From positions 2,979-66,978 of the forward strand of contig CAIWXI010000137.1 in assembly GCA_903916595.1 (NCBI GenBank): a DNA stretch of 64,000 bases, in the 5' to 3' direction. Every line of letters starts with the position of its first letter. Position 1 is the first letter of the stretch. Origin of the DNA: an uncultured Bacteroidales bacterium (GTDB lineage: Bacteria > Bacteroidota > Bacteroidia > Bacteroidales > FEN-979). The notes under the pieces were generated by a model. That model was not told the origin of the DNA. It was given only the letters and a program-made list of their open reading frames with translations, and did no database searches. This document shows positions 48,927 through 60,932 of this stretch, in pieces. Made by a program: the position numbers and the translations under genes.

Positions 48927-51386
48927 ATGAAAAGATCATCTGAAACTATATACCTCAACATGTCGGATATGCTTGATGCGGAAGCCGAATATATTCCCCT
49001 GCTGTCTTCAGAAGATGAAGAGTTGATGAACAATGAAGATATTCCTGACGCACTTCCTGTATTACCTTTGCGTAACACGGTTCTGTTTCCCGGTGTGGTT
49101 ATTCCTATTACGGTAGGAAGGGACAAATCGATCAAGCTCATCCATGAATATTATAAGTCGGGCAGAATCATCGGGGTTGTCGGCCAGAAAGATGCAAGCA
49201 TTGAGGATCCTGAATTTTCCGATCTTAACATGGTTGGTACCGTTGCATATATAATCAAGCTGCTTCAGATGCCTGATGGCACTACAACCGCTATCATCCA
49301 GGGAAAGCGAAGGTTCAGGATGAAAGTCCTGCTTCAGACCGAACCGTATATGAAAGCCTCTATTGAACCTTTTGATCTCTCGCAGAAGGTTAGCAAAGAC
49401 GACAAAGAGTTCCAGGCGCTGATGTCGTCTATCAAAGACCTGGCCACACAGATCGTCAATAAATCGCCTAATATTCCTTCGGAAGCTGCTTTTGCAATTA
49501 AGAACATTGAAAGCTCTTCATTTCTGGTCCATTTTATCTCATCGAACCTCAATATTGATATCTCTGATAAGCAGAAACTGCTCGAAACGGTTGATCTTTC
49601 CGAAAGAGCACATCTTGTCCTGGGCTATCTCACGAAGGAACTACAGGTTACCGAACTCAAGCAGCAGATACAAAACAAAGTAAAGACCGATCTCGACAAG
49701 CAGCAAAGAGATTATCTTCTGAATATTCAGCTGAAAACCATACAGGAGGAACTTGGAGGAAGTCCGAATGCCCAGGAAATAAACACCTTGCGCGAACAGT
49801 CAAGGGACAAGAAATGGTCGAAAGAAATTGCAGATATTTTCGAGAAAGAGATCAGCAAGCTTCAAAGGATGCATCCGGCGGCCGCAGAATATTCTATTCA
49901 GGTCAATTACATAGAGACTCTGGTACAGTTGCCCTGGAATGAATTTACCACCGACAATCTCGATCTTAACAATGCCATGAAGGTGTTGAACGAAGATCAT
50001 AGCGGACTGGAGAAGGTAAAGGAAAGGATCATCGAATTTCTTGCCGTGATCAAGCTCAAGAAAGATCTGAAATCGCCTATCCTCTGTCTTGTAGGCCCCC
50101 CGGGTGTAGGTAAAACATCGCTTGGTAAATCAATTGCCAGAGCCTTGGGAAGAAAGTATATCAGAATGTCGCTGGGTGGGCTCAGGGATGAATCGGAGCT
50201 GAGAGGTCACCGTAAAACTTATATCGGAGCCATGCCGGGCCGGATCATTCAGAGCCTTAAGAAGGTTAAGGCTTCAAATCCCGTGTTTGTGCTGGATGAG
50301 ATTGATAAAGTGGCCGGCATGAACTTCAGCGGCGATCCTCAGGCTGCCTTGCTTGAGATTCTCGACCCTGAGCAGAACAGTGCGTTTTACGATAATTTCC
50401 TGGAGGTTGAATATGACCTGAGCCGGATTATGTTCGTAGCTACTGCCAATACTCTTGCTACTGTTCATCCGGCGCTTCGCGACAGGATGGAGGTGATTGA
50501 ACTTCCAGGTTATCTTCTGGAAGAGAAGATTGAAATTGCAACGAAGCACCTTGTACCGAAACAGCTTAGGGAGCATGGGATGAAGAAAACCCAGCTGCTG
50601 TTCCCCCGGCCGGTTCTTCAGCAGATCATAGAAGAGTATACTCGTGAATCGGGGGTGAGGTCACTCGAGAAGAACATCGCGAAAATCATAAGGAATAAAG
50701 CCAGGGCTATTGTCTCGGGCGAAGAGTTCAATAAAAAAACAAATCCCGGGGAACTGAAGAGCATACTCGGGGTTCCTGTATTTCAGGCTGAAAAATATAT
50801 CTCAAACGAGATTGCCGGTGTGGTTACCGGACTTGCATGGACCTCGGCCGGAGGTGAGATCCTTTTCGTGGAAGTGAGCCTGAGCCGGGGTAAAGGGGAT
50901 CTTACGCTGACCGGGAATCTGGGAGATGTGATGAAAGAATCGGCAAGTATTGCCCTGGCCTATCTGAAGGCCCATTCTGAGGTCTTTGATATATCTCCTG
51001 ATATCTTTGGGAAATGGAATGTACATATTCACGTGCCGGAAGGGGCAACACCAAAAGACGGCCCTTCGGCAGGGATCACGCTTTTTACTGCACTGGCTTC
51101 TGCTTTTTCACAACGGAAAGTAAAGGAACGTATTGCTATGACCGGTGAGATCACGCTGAGAGGGAAAGTACTTCCGGTAGGAGGGATCAGGGAGAAGATC
51201 CTTGCAGCCAAGCGTGCAAAGATCAAAGACATCATTCTCTCAAAAGAAAACCGCCGCGATATAGAAGATATCAAACCCGGCTATATCGAAGGACTGAACT
51301 TTCATTACATAGGTGAAATGACCGAGATCAATGAGGTGGCATTAAGCCGCAGCCTCGTCAAAACGCCCCTGAACCTTATCTATTAA
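48927..51386 (+). CDS. lon: ATP-dependent protease La
   Basis: [27 protein letters not shown] and catalytic Lys (REK). Confidence 0.98.
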   Translation: MKRSSETIYLNMSDMLDAEAEYIPLLSSEDEELMNNEDIPDALPVLPLRNTVLFPGVVIPITVGRDKSIKLIHEYYKSGRIIGVVGQKDASIEDPEFSDLNMVGTVAYIIKLLQMPDGTTTAIIQGKRRFRMKVLLQTEPYMKASIEPFDLSQKVSKDDKEFQALMSSIKDLATQIVNKSPNIPSEAAFAIKNIESSSFLVHFISSNLNIDISDKQKLLETVDLSERAHLVLGYLTKELQVTELKQQIQNKVKTDLDKQQRDYLLNIQLKTIQEELGGSPNAQEINTLREQSRDKKWSKEIADIFEKEISKLQRMHPAAAEYSIQVNYIETLVQLPWNEFTTDNLDLNNAMKVLNEDHSGLEKVKERIIEFLAVIKLKKDLKSPILCLVGPPGVGKTSLGKSIARALGRKYIRMSLGGLRDESELRGHRKTYIGAMPGRIIQSLKKVKASNPVFVLDEIDKVAGMNFSGDPQAALLEILDPEQNSAFYDNFLEVEYDLSRIMFVATANTLATVHPALRDRMEVIELPGYLLEEKIEIATKHLVPKQLREHGMKKTQLLFPRPVLQQIIEEYTRESGVRSLEKNIAKIIRNKARAIVSGEEFNKKTNPGELKSILGVPVFQAEKYISNEIAGVVTGLAWTSAGGEILFVEVSLSRGKGDLTLTGNLGDVMKESASIALAYLKAHSEVFDISPDIFGKWNVHIHVPEGATPKDGPSAGITLFTALASAFSQRKVKERIAMTGEITLRGKVLPVGGIREKILAAKRAKIKDIILSKENRRDIEDIKPGYIEGLNFHYIGEMTEINEVALSRSLVKTPLNLIY

Positions 51387-51411
51387 ACCAGGCTGTTTTC
51401 TGCAGCTTTCT

Positions 51412-53406
51412 TTACCTGTTAATCATCAGTTTGCCAGAGTATACCCTGCCTTCGGTATTCAGTGTGTAAAGATAAATTCCTGAAGGCAGGAAACCGAGAT
51501 CGGCTTCAACGGAATGTGTACCTGAAGTATAATTCATTGTGCCGCTTTGCCATACCACAACACCAAGGGTGTTAGAGATACTGATGCCTGCATTTGCCGC
51601 AGATGGCAGAACAAAAGAAATCCTGGTTTTTGAACTTACCGGGTTAGGGATGTTCTTTGCAAGGATAACCCCAGACCTGTCTTCGGTTTCAGGAATGCCT
51701 ACAACGGTAGTACTCTGCTTAAGAACGATTTCGTTATACGGGTCGAACAGGAATGACTGGGGTTGTTTGTTGAAGAACATCACAAAAAGCTGGTTGTTTG
51801 AGTCATTCATCACCGTGAGCAAGGTGTCTGAATTATCGGTAAAATGTACTTTTAGTTTCAATGGCATCTTAAAGAAAGGAGCATTGATCTGAACCTGCCT
51901 GGCATTGAAGTCGACCTGCCAGTTTCCGCTTCCCAGGTTTTTAAACTGGTAGGTGTTTGAATATACAGGATGGTTGGCTGTAAAGATCCATTCATTGAAG
52001 AACCAGTCGTAGTTCTGGCCTGAAATATTATTTACAATCTGTTTGAAATTTCCGATGGTCGCCGATTTGTATTTATAATTGGTGTCGGCACAATAGGTCT
52101 GAAGCACCTGAAAAAACAGTGAATCTCCGAGAACATAACGCAGCTGATGCAGCACCCCGGCGCCTTTGCAATAAGTTATGCTCCAGTCAAAGAGGACGTT
52201 TACCGAAGGGGTGTTCACGGCCCAGTCAGGAACTGAAATAGCCCAGCCGGAATTTGACTGCAGATAAGAGTTTGCATAACCCTGTATAGCCTGAAGATAC
52301 GCCTGATAACCACCTGAACTTTCCTGCCAGTATCCCTCCGACCAGGTAGCGAATCCCTCATTTACCCAAATGTCGGCCCAGGTCGCACAGGTTATCATAT
52401 CTCCGTACCATTGATGGGCAAATTCGTGGGCCATAAGGCTGGCGCTCCAACAATTCGGACAGAAACTGGTGAGTGTCTGGTTTTCCATCCCACCCCAGGA
52501 AAACAGATTGTTCAGAGTGGCAAAGCCGTTCTTTTCAAAAGGATGCTCACACCAGTTTCTTGAATAATATGTGGTCATCGAGTCAATCAGGCTTTCACAG
52601 AGAAAAGGAGATTCCCCGTTATTGTAATAGAAACGCATTGGCACGCTATCGGCCGGGTTGGTAATCTTGTGATAGTATACAATATCGAGTTTATAATTGA
52701 CTTTTGATGTCATTGTCACAAGATAGGTAGCGATATTATTGGCGCTAACCCAGTGGTACCTGACCGTGTCGGCCGTTATCGTGGAATCGGCAAGCCTTCC
52801 GTTAGAGCCCAGTTTCACATTATGAGGCACTTTAACGGTAAGGTCAAGCAGCGCCTTGTCTGATGGCGAGTCATAGCATGGGAACCAATGCCTTGCGCCT
52901 TCAGGCTCACAATCGGTAAAAACAAATCCACCGGAAACATAAAAAGCATTGTCGCTCACATTATTGTGTTTGTAATAAATCTGAATTTCGGCAATCTCTC
53001 CGGGATTATAGGTCCGGTCAAGGTTCACGGTAAGAATATCTCCGGTATGAGTAAAGGAGGCCGCGTTAAGTCTGATGGAATCAATATGCAGTGATACGAG
53101 AGATGCATTGAGTGCAATACTGCTGATAGCGCTATCGGCTTTGAACTGAATCTTGATGTTTGCCGTAAAATCATGAGGATAAGGCGAGGTATAACAATGA
53201 TAGATATCGAGATTCATGGTGTATTTAAGAACATTGTAAGAATGAGGCCCCGCGGTTGTTGTCTGATAAGGCAACATCGGCAATTCCTGAAGGTTTGATT
53301 TTCGCTGATAGCAGCTGTATGCCCCTGAAGTTTCCGGGCTAAACTGGGCAAGGAGGCTGGCAGAGGTGATAACCAGAAGAAGACAGGTATAGAATAATCG
53401 CATCAT
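51412..53406 (-). CDS. M1 aminopeptidase with T9SS C-terminal domain
   Basis: GGMEN, HEFAH..NEGFA and CTD PNP..GIYLY..KLMIN. Confidence 0.93.
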   Translation of the reverse strand: MMRLFYTCLLLVITSASLLAQFSPETSGAYSCYQRKSNLQELPMLPYQTTTAGPHSYNVLKYTMNLDIYHCYTSPYPHDFTANIKIQFKADSAISSIALNASLVSLHIDSIRLNAASFTHTGDILTVNLDRTYNPGEIAEIQIYYKHNNVSDNAFYVSGGFVFTDCEPEGARHWFPCYDSPSDKALLDLTVKVPHNVKLGSNGRLADSTITADTVRYHWVSANNIATYLVTMTSKVNYKLDIVYYHKITNPADSVPMRFYYNNGESPFLCESLIDSMTTYYSRNWCEHPFEKNGFATLNNLFSWGGMENQTLTSFCPNCWSASLMAHEFAHQWYGDMITCATWADIWVNEGFATWSEGYWQESSGGYQAYLQAIQGYANSYLQSNSGWAISVPDWAVNTPSVNVLFDWSITYCKGAGVLHQLRYVLGDSLFFQVLQTYCADTNYKYKSATIGNFKQIVNNISGQNYDWFFNEWIFTANHPVYSNTYQFKNLGSGNWQVDFNARQVQINAPFFKMPLKLKVHFTDNSDTLLTVMNDSNNQLFVMFFNKQPQSFLFDPYNEIVLKQSTTVVGIPETEDRSGVILAKNIPNPVSSKTRISFVLPSAANAGISISNTLGVVVWQSGTMNYTSGTHSVEADLGFLPSGIYLYTLNTEGRVYSGKLMINR

Positions 53407-53559
53407 AGCATTAATTTATTTAAAAAGATGAAAAATGGGAAACTTGCGGTGATCCTGCAAAAGTAGTAATTATCGCGCATATCCTTGAGGGAAATGGATA
53501 AGGTCGGAGATTTGTGATAAATTTGCGGCATCACTTTTCAGAAACAATAATCTCATACT

Positions 53560-55215
53560 ATGAGTGTGAAAATGCGCGAAAGGTTGACCGGCTGGGGTAT
53601 ATTTTTTTTATTTTGTTTGTTCACGGCTTGTACCGGGCCTGCAGCCAATGAACGCATAAGTAATGTTTTCAGATATAATGAGTCGGCCGGCATCAGTTCG
53701 CTCGATCCGGCTTATGCCCGTGACCAGTCGGTGATCTGGCCGGTTAACCAGATCTTTAACGGCCTGGTTCAGCTGGATGATCGCCTGAGAATAAGGCCTT
53801 GCCTTGCAAAGTCATGGGAAATTAATCCGGATGGCACGGAATACAGGTTTCACCTGAGGAATGACGTATATTTTCATTCCGATCCCGTGTTTCAATCTGT
53901 AAAGGGCAGGCAGGTCAAAGCCGCTGATTTCATTTACAGTTTTAATAGGATCCTTGACCCTGCCACAGCGTCATCAGGAACCTGGATATTCGACAATGTG
54001 TCAAGGGAGCAGGGCGGGCCTGCTTTCATTGCTCCTGACGACAGTACTCTCGTCATCAGGTTGAAAGAAGGTTTTCCTCCTTTTTTATCCATGTTGGCTA
54101 TGCCTTATGCCTCGGTGGTTCCCAGGGAAGCAATACAATGGTATGGAGAAGGTTTCAGAAGGCATCCCGTGGGAACAGGCCCGTTTATGTTCAAGTTCTG
54201 GAAAGAAGGAGTCAGATTGGTATTGGTTAAAAATCCTGATTATTTTGAATCAGAGGGCAGCAGCCGGCTCCCGTATCTCGATGCCGTGAGTATAAGTTTC
54301 CTTTCCGATAAGCAGTCGGCCTTTCTGGATTTTGTTAAAGGAAAGCTAGATTTTATTTCCGGGCTTGATCCCTCGTACAAGGATGAACTTCTTACAAAAC
54401 AGGGCCGTCTGCAGCAGAAATATAGAAATACTGTGGAACTCATCACCCAGCCCTACCTGAATACCGAATATCTGGGGTTTCTGGTCGATCAGGCGATCAT
54501 AGAAGGCAAGCCGAATCCATTGTTCGATAAAAGGGTGAGGCAGGCTATAAACTATGCCTTTGACCGTAAAAAGATGGTCACTTACCTGAGGAATAATATA
54601 GGTAGCCCGGGTATCAACGGGATCATCCCCAAAGGACTGCCTTCATTTGATTCCACTAAAGTTTATTATACATACAATATAGAGAAAGCCCGGCAATTAC
54701 TTTCTGAGGCCGGTTTCCCGGGAGGGAAGGGAATGCCTCCGGTAACTCTTGTTTCTACCCCCGATTATCTCGATTTCTGCAAACACATCCAGCAGCAGCT
54801 TACAGTTTTAGGTGTTGAGATGAAGATCGAGATCAGCACGCCGGCAGCGATTAAACAAATGAAGGCAGAAGCAAGGCTGCCGTTTTTCAGGGCCTCATGG
54901 ATTGCCGATTATCCCGATGCCGAGAATTACCTGCTCATGTTTCTGGGCCGGAATTTCTGCCCACGGGGGCCAAACTACACTCATTTTTCGAACAGGGAAT
55001 TTGATCGCTTATATGATCTTACTTTGCACGAGCCGGCAGATTCAATACGGTTTGGCATCTATCGGCAGATGGAAAGGCTTGTGATGGAAGAAGCTCCGAT
55101 GGTCGTTCTGTATTATGACCAGGCCCTCCGTTTTGTGAGAAAAGGAATCACAGGCCTGGGCAGCAACCCAATGAACATGCTGACACTCAAAAGGGTGAAA
55201 ATCAGCCGCCGATAG
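53560..55215 (+). CDS. ABC substrate-binding lipoprotein (family 5)
   Basis: SSLDPAYA, PVGTGPF and WIADYPDAENY motifs. Confidence 0.92.
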   Translation: MSVKMRERLTGWGIFFLFCLFTACTGPAANERISNVFRYNESAGISSLDPAYARDQSVIWPVNQIFNGLVQLDDRLRIRPCLAKSWEINPDGTEYRFHLRNDVYFHSDPVFQSVKGRQVKAADFIYSFNRILDPATASSGTWIFDNVSREQGGPAFIAPDDSTLVIRLKEGFPPFLSMLAMPYASVVPREAIQWYGEGFRRHPVGTGPFMFKFWKEGVRLVLVKNPDYFESEGSSRLPYLDAVSISFLSDKQSAFLDFVKGKLDFISGLDPSYKDELLTKQGRLQQKYRNTVELITQPYLNTEYLGFLVDQAIIEGKPNPLFDKRVRQAINYAFDRKKMVTYLRNNIGSPGINGIIPKGLPSFDSTKVYYTYNIEKARQLLSEAGFPGGKGMPPVTLVSTPDYLDFCKHIQQQLTVLGVEMKIEISTPAAIKQMKAEARLPFFRASWIADYPDAENYLLMFLGRNFCPRGPNYTHFSNREFDRLYDLTLHEPADSIRFGIYRQMERLVMEEAPMVVLYYDQALRFVRKGITGLGSNPMNMLTLKRVKISRR

Positions 55216-55978
55216 CAATTGAAAGGCCGTCATAAGCCAGTTTCACGTTAGCGGGTAAAAGCTTTGAGACCTCGGCATACCTTCCCATCTGATGGCTGAT
55301 ATGTGTAAGATAACCCTGCTCAGGCTGTAATTCTTCCATCAGCGACAATGCTTCCTCCAGGTTAAAGTGAGAATAATGTTTTTCTTTTCTGAGTGCATTG
55401 ATTACGACGACCTTTGAGCCTTTTATCTTTTCTTTTTCTGCGGATGAGATTTTTACAGCATCGGTAAGATATGTGAAATCGTTAAACCTGAAACCGAATA
55501 CAAAATGACGGTCATTAAAGTGAGTTGCCCTGACCGGAATTACACGTAACCCGGCAACATAGAAAGGTTTATTTATAAGATCATGCAAGACTATTTCGGG
55601 GACGCCGGGATACGGTTCCTTCTCAAAGGCGTATGCATACTCTGTTTTAATCATTTTCTGAACTTTTTTTTCGGCATAGACATCCACCGGCCTTTTTAGA
55701 ATATAGTTATAGGCCCTCACATCGTCTAACCCGCCCAGATGGTCCTTATGCCCATGAGTAAGCAGGATGGCATCTATACTGTTTACCTTGTTTAACAGCA
55801 TCTGCTGACGGAAGTCAGGGCCGCAATCCACCACTATCCTTATGGTGTTCCATTCAACCAGAATGGATGACCTGAGCCGCTGATCACGAGGGTCAGAAGA
55901 ACTGCAAGCCTTGCATCCGCAACCAATTACGGGTACTCCCTGTGAAGTCCCGGTTCCAAGTAGTGTTACTTTAAGCAT
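55202..55978 (-). CDS. MBL-fold hydrolase (PhnP-like)
   Basis: LGTGTSQGVP, THGHKDH and THISH motifs. Confidence 0.92.
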   Translation of the reverse strand: MLKVTLLGTGTSQGVPVIGCGCKACSSSDPRDQRLRSSILVEWNTIRIVVDCGPDFRQQMLLNKVNSIDAILLTHGHKDHLGGLDDVRAYNYILKRPVDVYAEKKVQKMIKTEYAYAFEKEPYPGVPEIVLHDLINKPFYVAGLRVIPVRATHFNDRHFVFGFRFNDFTYLTDAVKISSAEKEKIKGSKVVVINALRKEKHYSHFNLEEALSLMEELQPEQGYLTHISHQMGRYAEVSKLLPANVKLAYDGLSIAIGG

Positions 55979-56829
55979 CAGAGGGCAAGTAGTTTTGTTT
56001 CAACATCTTTCATAAGCCACATCGGGGTTGAAGTAGCTCCGCATATTCCCACGCTATCATTCACTTCGAACCAGTTTGCGAAAATCTCATCCGGCGAACT
56101 TAAGAAATACGTATTACTGTTTTCATGCCTGCATACATTGAATAATACACTGCCGTTTGATGAGTGTTTTCCGGCAACAAACACTATTTTTTTATACTTC
56201 CGGCTGAATTCACGGAGGCTGGGTTCACGATGTGATACCTGCCGGCAAATAGTATCTCTTACAGTAACCTGAATACCGCCGGCCTCAAGTGTATTAACAA
56301 TTTCGTAAAAGCTTTCGATAGACATCGTCGTCTGACTGTACAAAGTTATTTTTTTGGGCATTTTCGACAGCTCCAGGTCTTCAATATGCCCGAAAACAAT
56401 GGCTTTGTTGTCTATCTGTCCGTTTAATCCTATGACTTCAGGGTGGTTAGGTTTGCCATATAGGTAAATAATTTCTCCTTTTTCATAGGATTCCCTGAAT
56501 CTTTTCTGAAGTTTTAGTATGATCGGACATGATGCATCGATGATACGGTTTCCGTTTTTCATAGCAAGCTTATAGCTTTCGGGCGGCTCCCCGTGAGCAC
56601 GGAAGAGTATAGTCTTATTCTGAAGGGCCGAAAGACCTTCTTTTGAAATATTTACCATGCCCTGTAGTTCGAGGCGCTTCACCTCTTCATCATTATGAAC
56701 GATTTCGCCGAGGCAAAACAACTCGTCGGAAATCTGAAGTTCCTTTTCGGCTTTTTCTATAGCGCCTACTACCCCAAAACAGAAACCCGATTTAGAATCA
56801 ATTTCAACATGAAGGTTAAGTCTTCCCAT
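55978..56829 (-). CDS. ispH: 4-hydroxy-3-methylbut-2-enyl diphosphate reductase
   Basis: GFCFGV, IVHN, RAHG, DASCP, DTIC and ATSTP motifs. Confidence 0.96.
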   Translation of the reverse strand: MGRLNLHVEIDSKSGFCFGVVGAIEKAEKELQISDELFCLGEIVHNDEEVKRLELQGMVNISKEGLSALQNKTILFRAHGEPPESYKLAMKNGNRIIDASCPIILKLQKRFRESYEKGEIIYLYGKPNHPEVIGLNGQIDNKAIVFGHIEDLELSKMPKKITLYSQTTMSIESFYEIVNTLEAGGIQVTVRDTICRQVSHREPSLREFSRKYKKIVFVAGKHSSNGSVLFNVCRHENSNTYFLSSPDEIFANWFEVNDSVGICGATSTPMWLMKDVETKLLAL

Positions 56830-56964
56830 CACCTGCCCTGATTTTCTTTTTGTTGTAAAATTACAAAAACCCTTGATGTACATTATAATCTTTTCCGTAA
56901 ATTGCCGTTATAAGCTTTTGTTGTACCTTTGCGAAAGACTATCTGTATTTTAAAAGTAAACGAT

Positions 56965-57522
56965 ATGTTCAAAAACATCAGAAGAAAAATCGGACAGTAT
57001 TATTTTAATAAAGAGCAGTCCAGGACAAGCAATTTACATGGTATGGTTAACCTGCCGGGAGCGAAAAGGGTAGGTATTTTATATACCCTTAACGAAGTTC
57101 CTGACTACGACAAAGTGGCAGAATTTGTTGTTCAGCTGCAGAAGGAGCATAAAGAAGTTAAGACGCTGGGTTTTGTAAGAAGCAAAAACCTGATCCATCG
57201 TTTTCTTCCAAAATTATCCTATGATTTTTTCACGAAAAAAGATATTACCTGGTTTTACAGGCCTATCCATGATAAAGTAAGAGATTTTATGAACAAGGAA
57301 TTTGACCTGCTTATTGATCTCAGCGCCGGCGATTCTTTTCCTCTGAACTATATCGCCGGTTTGTCGAAGGCCATTTGCCGTGTAGGCAGGTTCTCGGAAG
57401 ACAATGCCTGTTACTATGATTTTATGATCGATATTAAACCCGTGATAACGATGGATGAATACCTGAGCCAGATCAAACATTATCTGACTATTATTAAAAC
57501 CAATGAAAAGCTTCCGCAGTAA
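56965..57522 (+). CDS. Conserved hypothetical protein upstream of dapA
   Basis: 186-codon ORF with EFDLLID; follows the -7 element TACCTTTG. Confidence 0.75.
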   Translation: MFKNIRRKIGQYYFNKEQSRTSNLHGMVNLPGAKRVGILYTLNEVPDYDKVAEFVVQLQKEHKEVKTLGFVRSKNLIHRFLPKLSYDFFTKKDITWFYRPIHDKVRDFMNKEFDLLIDLSAGDSFPLNYIAGLSKAICRVGRFSEDNACYYDFMIDIKPVITMDEYLSQIKHYLTIIKTNEKLPQ

Positions 57523-58387
57523 ATTTAAAGGCACAGGGGTTGCCATCGTCACACCATTCAGGAAATCAGGAAGTATTGATTTTAAAGCCTATGAAAAGGT
57601 TTTAAATCATATCATCAAAGGCGGATGTGAATTCATCGTTGTTCTGGGTACTACCGGTGAATCGCCTACCGTATCGATACAGGAGAAAAAGGATCTGATT
57701 GCCTTTTCGGTTGAACAAAATACCGGCCGTGTTCCTCTTGTTGTCGGGATAGGAGGGAATAGCACCCATGATGTAACAGCTGCAATCAGTGATTTATCTT
57801 TCAAAGGTGTTGATGCGGTATTATCCGTTTGTCCATATTATAATAAACCACAACAGCAAGGCATTTTCCTTCATTTCAAAGCCGTTTCGGAGGAAAGTCC
57901 GGTACCGGTAATCCTGTATACGGTACCTGGCAGAACCGGCAGCAACATTACTGCTTCAACAACGCTCAGGCTTGCCCGGGAGTGTAAAAATATTATCGGG
58001 ATCAAGGAAGCCTCGGGCAATCTGGACCAGATCGGCCAGGTGCTGAAGAACAGGCCTGAGGACTTCCTTGTCCTATCGGGAGATGATGCACTAACCCTGC
58101 CGCTGCTGGCGCTTGGCGCCGACGGAGTGATCTCGGTCGTTGCCAATGTGTTTCCCCTGGAATTTTCCAATATGGTCCGTGCCGGATTAAAAGGAGATTT
58201 CGAAAAAGCCAGGGCAATTCATTTTCGTCTTCTTGATTTTATCAATGCATTATTTGCCGATGGCAGCCCTGCCGGCGTCAAAGCTGCTCTTGAGATTAAA
58301 AAACTTGCAAGCAACTTTCTCAGGCTTCCCCTTGTCCCTGTTAATACCCAAACTTACAAACTCTTACAACAGCTTCTCGAATCATGA
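57503..58387 (+). CDS. dapA: 4-hydroxy-tetrahydrodipicolinate synthase
   Basis: GTTGES, PYYNKP, GIKEASG and LSGDD motifs. Confidence 0.97.
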   Translation: MKSFRSKFKGTGVAIVTPFRKSGSIDFKAYEKVLNHIIKGGCEFIVVLGTTGESPTVSIQEKKDLIAFSVEQNTGRVPLVVGIGGNSTHDVTAAISDLSFKGVDAVLSVCPYYNKPQQQGIFLHFKAVSEESPVPVILYTVPGRTGSNITASTTLRLARECKNIIGIKEASGNLDQIGQVLKNRPEDFLVLSGDDALTLPLLALGADGVISVVANVFPLEFSNMVRAGLKGDFEKARAIHFRLLDFINALFADGSPAGVKAALEIKKLASNFLRLPLVPVNTQTYKLLQQLLES

Positions 58388-60105
58388 AAAATTTTTTTAT
58401 ACTCTTTTCACTGCTTTTTACGGTGAGCCTGATGGTTCAGGGACAGACCTACGACAAGAAAAAGGCCGACAGCCTGCTTAAAGCCAACCGGGAAGTATAT
58501 TTTAAATTTAGTGTTTTCGACCGATCAATTCTGGATGAACTTACGAACATCATTTCGATTGATAATGTACATGGAAATGAGGTCTATGCTTATGCAAACA
58601 AACCTGAATTCGAAAATTTCGTCAAACTGGGTTATGACATAACCATACTGACGCCTCCCGGAAGTATGCTAACTGATGCAGAACTGATGAAACCCAAAGA
58701 CTCCCCGAAGTCAAAGGGACCTGCAACATGGAATTTTTACCCTACATACCAGCAGTATGTCGACACCATGGAGTACTTCGCCAACACATATCCTGCTATT
58801 TGCAAACTGGATACTATCGGAATAACAATTTTTGGTCGTCTTCTCCTGGCTGTCAAGATATCCAAAGATGTTAATGCAAACGGGGCAAAACCGAAGTTCC
58901 TGTATACGAGTTCAATTCACGGGGATGAATTAACAGGCTATATTGGAATGCTTCATCTGATTGATTATTTGTTAACTAATTACGGGACAAACGCAAAGGC
59001 CACAAGGCTGGTCGACAGTGTCATGATTTTCATTAACCCTCTTGCAAATCCTGATGGCACGTACGCCGGCGGAAACAATAGCGTGAACGGGGCAACCCGT
59101 TTGAATGGCAATGGAGTTGATATGAACAGAAACTACCCCGATCCGGCTGCGGGGCAGCATCCCGACGGCAACCCATGGCAGTCAGAAACTATAGACTTCA
59201 TGAATTATGCAGGAAGCAATGGGTTTACCATGTCGGCTAACTTCCACGGCGGAATAGAAGTATTTAATTATCCCTGGGATACCTGGTCGAGGCTGGCTGC
59301 CGATGACTCATGGTGGCAGTTCGTTGGCCGTGAGTATGCCGACACCGCCCACAAATATGCACCCTCGGGTTATTTTGACGACTATCAGAACGGAATCACT
59401 AACGGATACGCATGGTACAGGATTACAGGAGGAAGGCAGGATTATATGAACTACTGGCGTCACTGCCGTGAAGTTACTATTGAACTTTCTACCACGAAAT
59501 TGCTGCCGGCCAATCAGCTGGTGAACTATTGGAATTATAATTATCATTCATACCTCAATTTTATTGAACAGACTCTATACGGTATACATGGAATAGTAAC
59601 CGATACAGTGACCGGGTTTCCTCTGGATGCAAAAATTTTTATTGCGAATCACGACAAAGACAGTTCCCTTATCTATTCGGGGATGCCCGGCGGATATTAT
59701 AACCGGGTCATAGACCAGGGGAGTTGGGACCTGACTTTTTCACGCCCGGGGTATTACAGCAAGACGATCACAAACGTTATTGTGACTCATTATCACGGAG
59801 TGAAACTTGATGTTATGCTAAAGCCCGTGACTTACGGGGCACAAGAGCTGAACCGGGGAGAACTTGTTATATATCCGGTGCCGGCTTCAAAAAACATCCA
59901 TATAGTGTTTCCCGAGACGGATTCTAAAAAGTGGAAGCTGGATGTGCTGAATGCACTCGGGCTCTGCCTGTATTCCTCAGAAATAAATAATAACGGGAAT
60001 CTGGTTTATAATCTCGATGTGGCATCCTTCCCCGACGGATTGTATTTCGTTGTGCTGAGAAATGAGAACGGAGTATACCGCAGGCAGATCATAGTTAGGC
60101 ATTGA
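58384..60105 (+). CDS. M14 zinc carboxypeptidase with T9SS CTD
   Basis: IHGDE, DMNRNY, NFHGG, VTIE and CTD IYPVP..GLYFV. Confidence 0.92.
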   Translation: MKNFFILFSLLFTVSLMVQGQTYDKKKADSLLKANREVYFKFSVFDRSILDELTNIISIDNVHGNEVYAYANKPEFENFVKLGYDITILTPPGSMLTDAELMKPKDSPKSKGPATWNFYPTYQQYVDTMEYFANTYPAICKLDTIGITIFGRLLLAVKISKDVNANGAKPKFLYTSSIHGDELTGYIGMLHLIDYLLTNYGTNAKATRLVDSVMIFINPLANPDGTYAGGNNSVNGATRLNGNGVDMNRNYPDPAAGQHPDGNPWQSETIDFMNYAGSNGFTMSANFHGGIEVFNYPWDTWSRLAADDSWWQFVGREYADTAHKYAPSGYFDDYQNGITNGYAWYRITGGRQDYMNYWRHCREVTIELSTTKLLPANQLVNYWNYNYHSYLNFIEQTLYGIHGIVTDTVTGFPLDAKIFIANHDKDSSLIYSGMPGGYYNRVIDQGSWDLTFSRPGYYSKTITNVIVTHYHGVKLDVMLKPVTYGAQELNRGELVIYPVPASKNIHIVFPETDSKKWKLDVLNALGLCLYSSEINNNGNLVYNLDVASFPDGLYFVVLRNENGVYRRQIIVRH

Positions 60106-60921
60106 TCAAAGGTCGAATTTCAGTCCGATACCAAAACCTATACGATAGATCAGAAGCAGCGCCAGGGCCAGGGCTCCGGTTTTCCAGGAGATACTGAATT
60201 CAGGGGTTTCCTCTTCAAAATAAACATCCTGAAGGCTGAGTGATCTGGAAAGAACAGGGATCAGGAAAAGGATGCCGCAAAGCCTTACCAGGGTAGGGAA
60301 CCAGCTTATAACAGGAAGTTCTATCACCTGTAATATCAGTATCCCTGCAAGATAGGGGAAGAAGTACTGGTAAATGACAAACCTTGCTTTTTCTATCCCT
60401 TTAAGATGAGGCAGATATATGTTTGCTGTAAACAACAGTGTTCTTGAAAGGGCAAGGCCACAAAGGAAAAGCAGTATACCCCCGAGAAGTGTAACGACCA
60501 CCCTGCCGGTATCCATAATGAACATATACATGATTACATAGCCGAATCCCTGGTTCATCACCGAGCCGATAATTATTTCGCCAAAAAAGTTAACAAGAGC
60601 CAGGATGATCAGCCAAACCAGAAGTATTCTCAACCTTCCTTCTTCGGTGGCAACATTGATGAATATTAAAAGCAGGACAAGGCCCAGGAGAAGGCAGAGG
60701 AGAGGGCCCGTACCGAATATCACGGTAACTGAATCGGATGACCATTCAGAACTCCGTATCAGGTAATCAATTTCATGGTAATACAGCCTTACAGGGATGC
60801 TGAAAGCGGAGGCAGAGATTGCAACACTTATTCTTGATATAAGAAAAAGGATCAGATAAGCGCAAAGAAAATAAAACAGGGAATTAATAAAAATAACCTG
60901 ATTTACCCTGTTTTTATGCAT
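60106..60921 (-). CDS. Hypothetical integral membrane protein
   Basis: About seven hydrophobic segments. Confidence 0.7.
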   Translation of the reverse strand: MHKNRVNQVIFINSLFYFLCAYLILFLISRISVAISASAFSIPVRLYYHEIDYLIRSSEWSSDSVTVIFGTGPLLCLLLGLVLLLIFINVATEEGRLRILLVWLIILALVNFFGEIIIGSVMNQGFGYVIMYMFIMDTGRVVVTLLGGILLFLCGLALSRTLLFTANIYLPHLKGIEKARFVIYQYFFPYLAGILILQVIELPVISWFPTLVRLCGILFLIPVLSRSLSLQDVYFEEETPEFSISWKTGALALALLLIYRIGFGIGLKFDL

Positions 60922-60932
60922 CGAAAGAATAT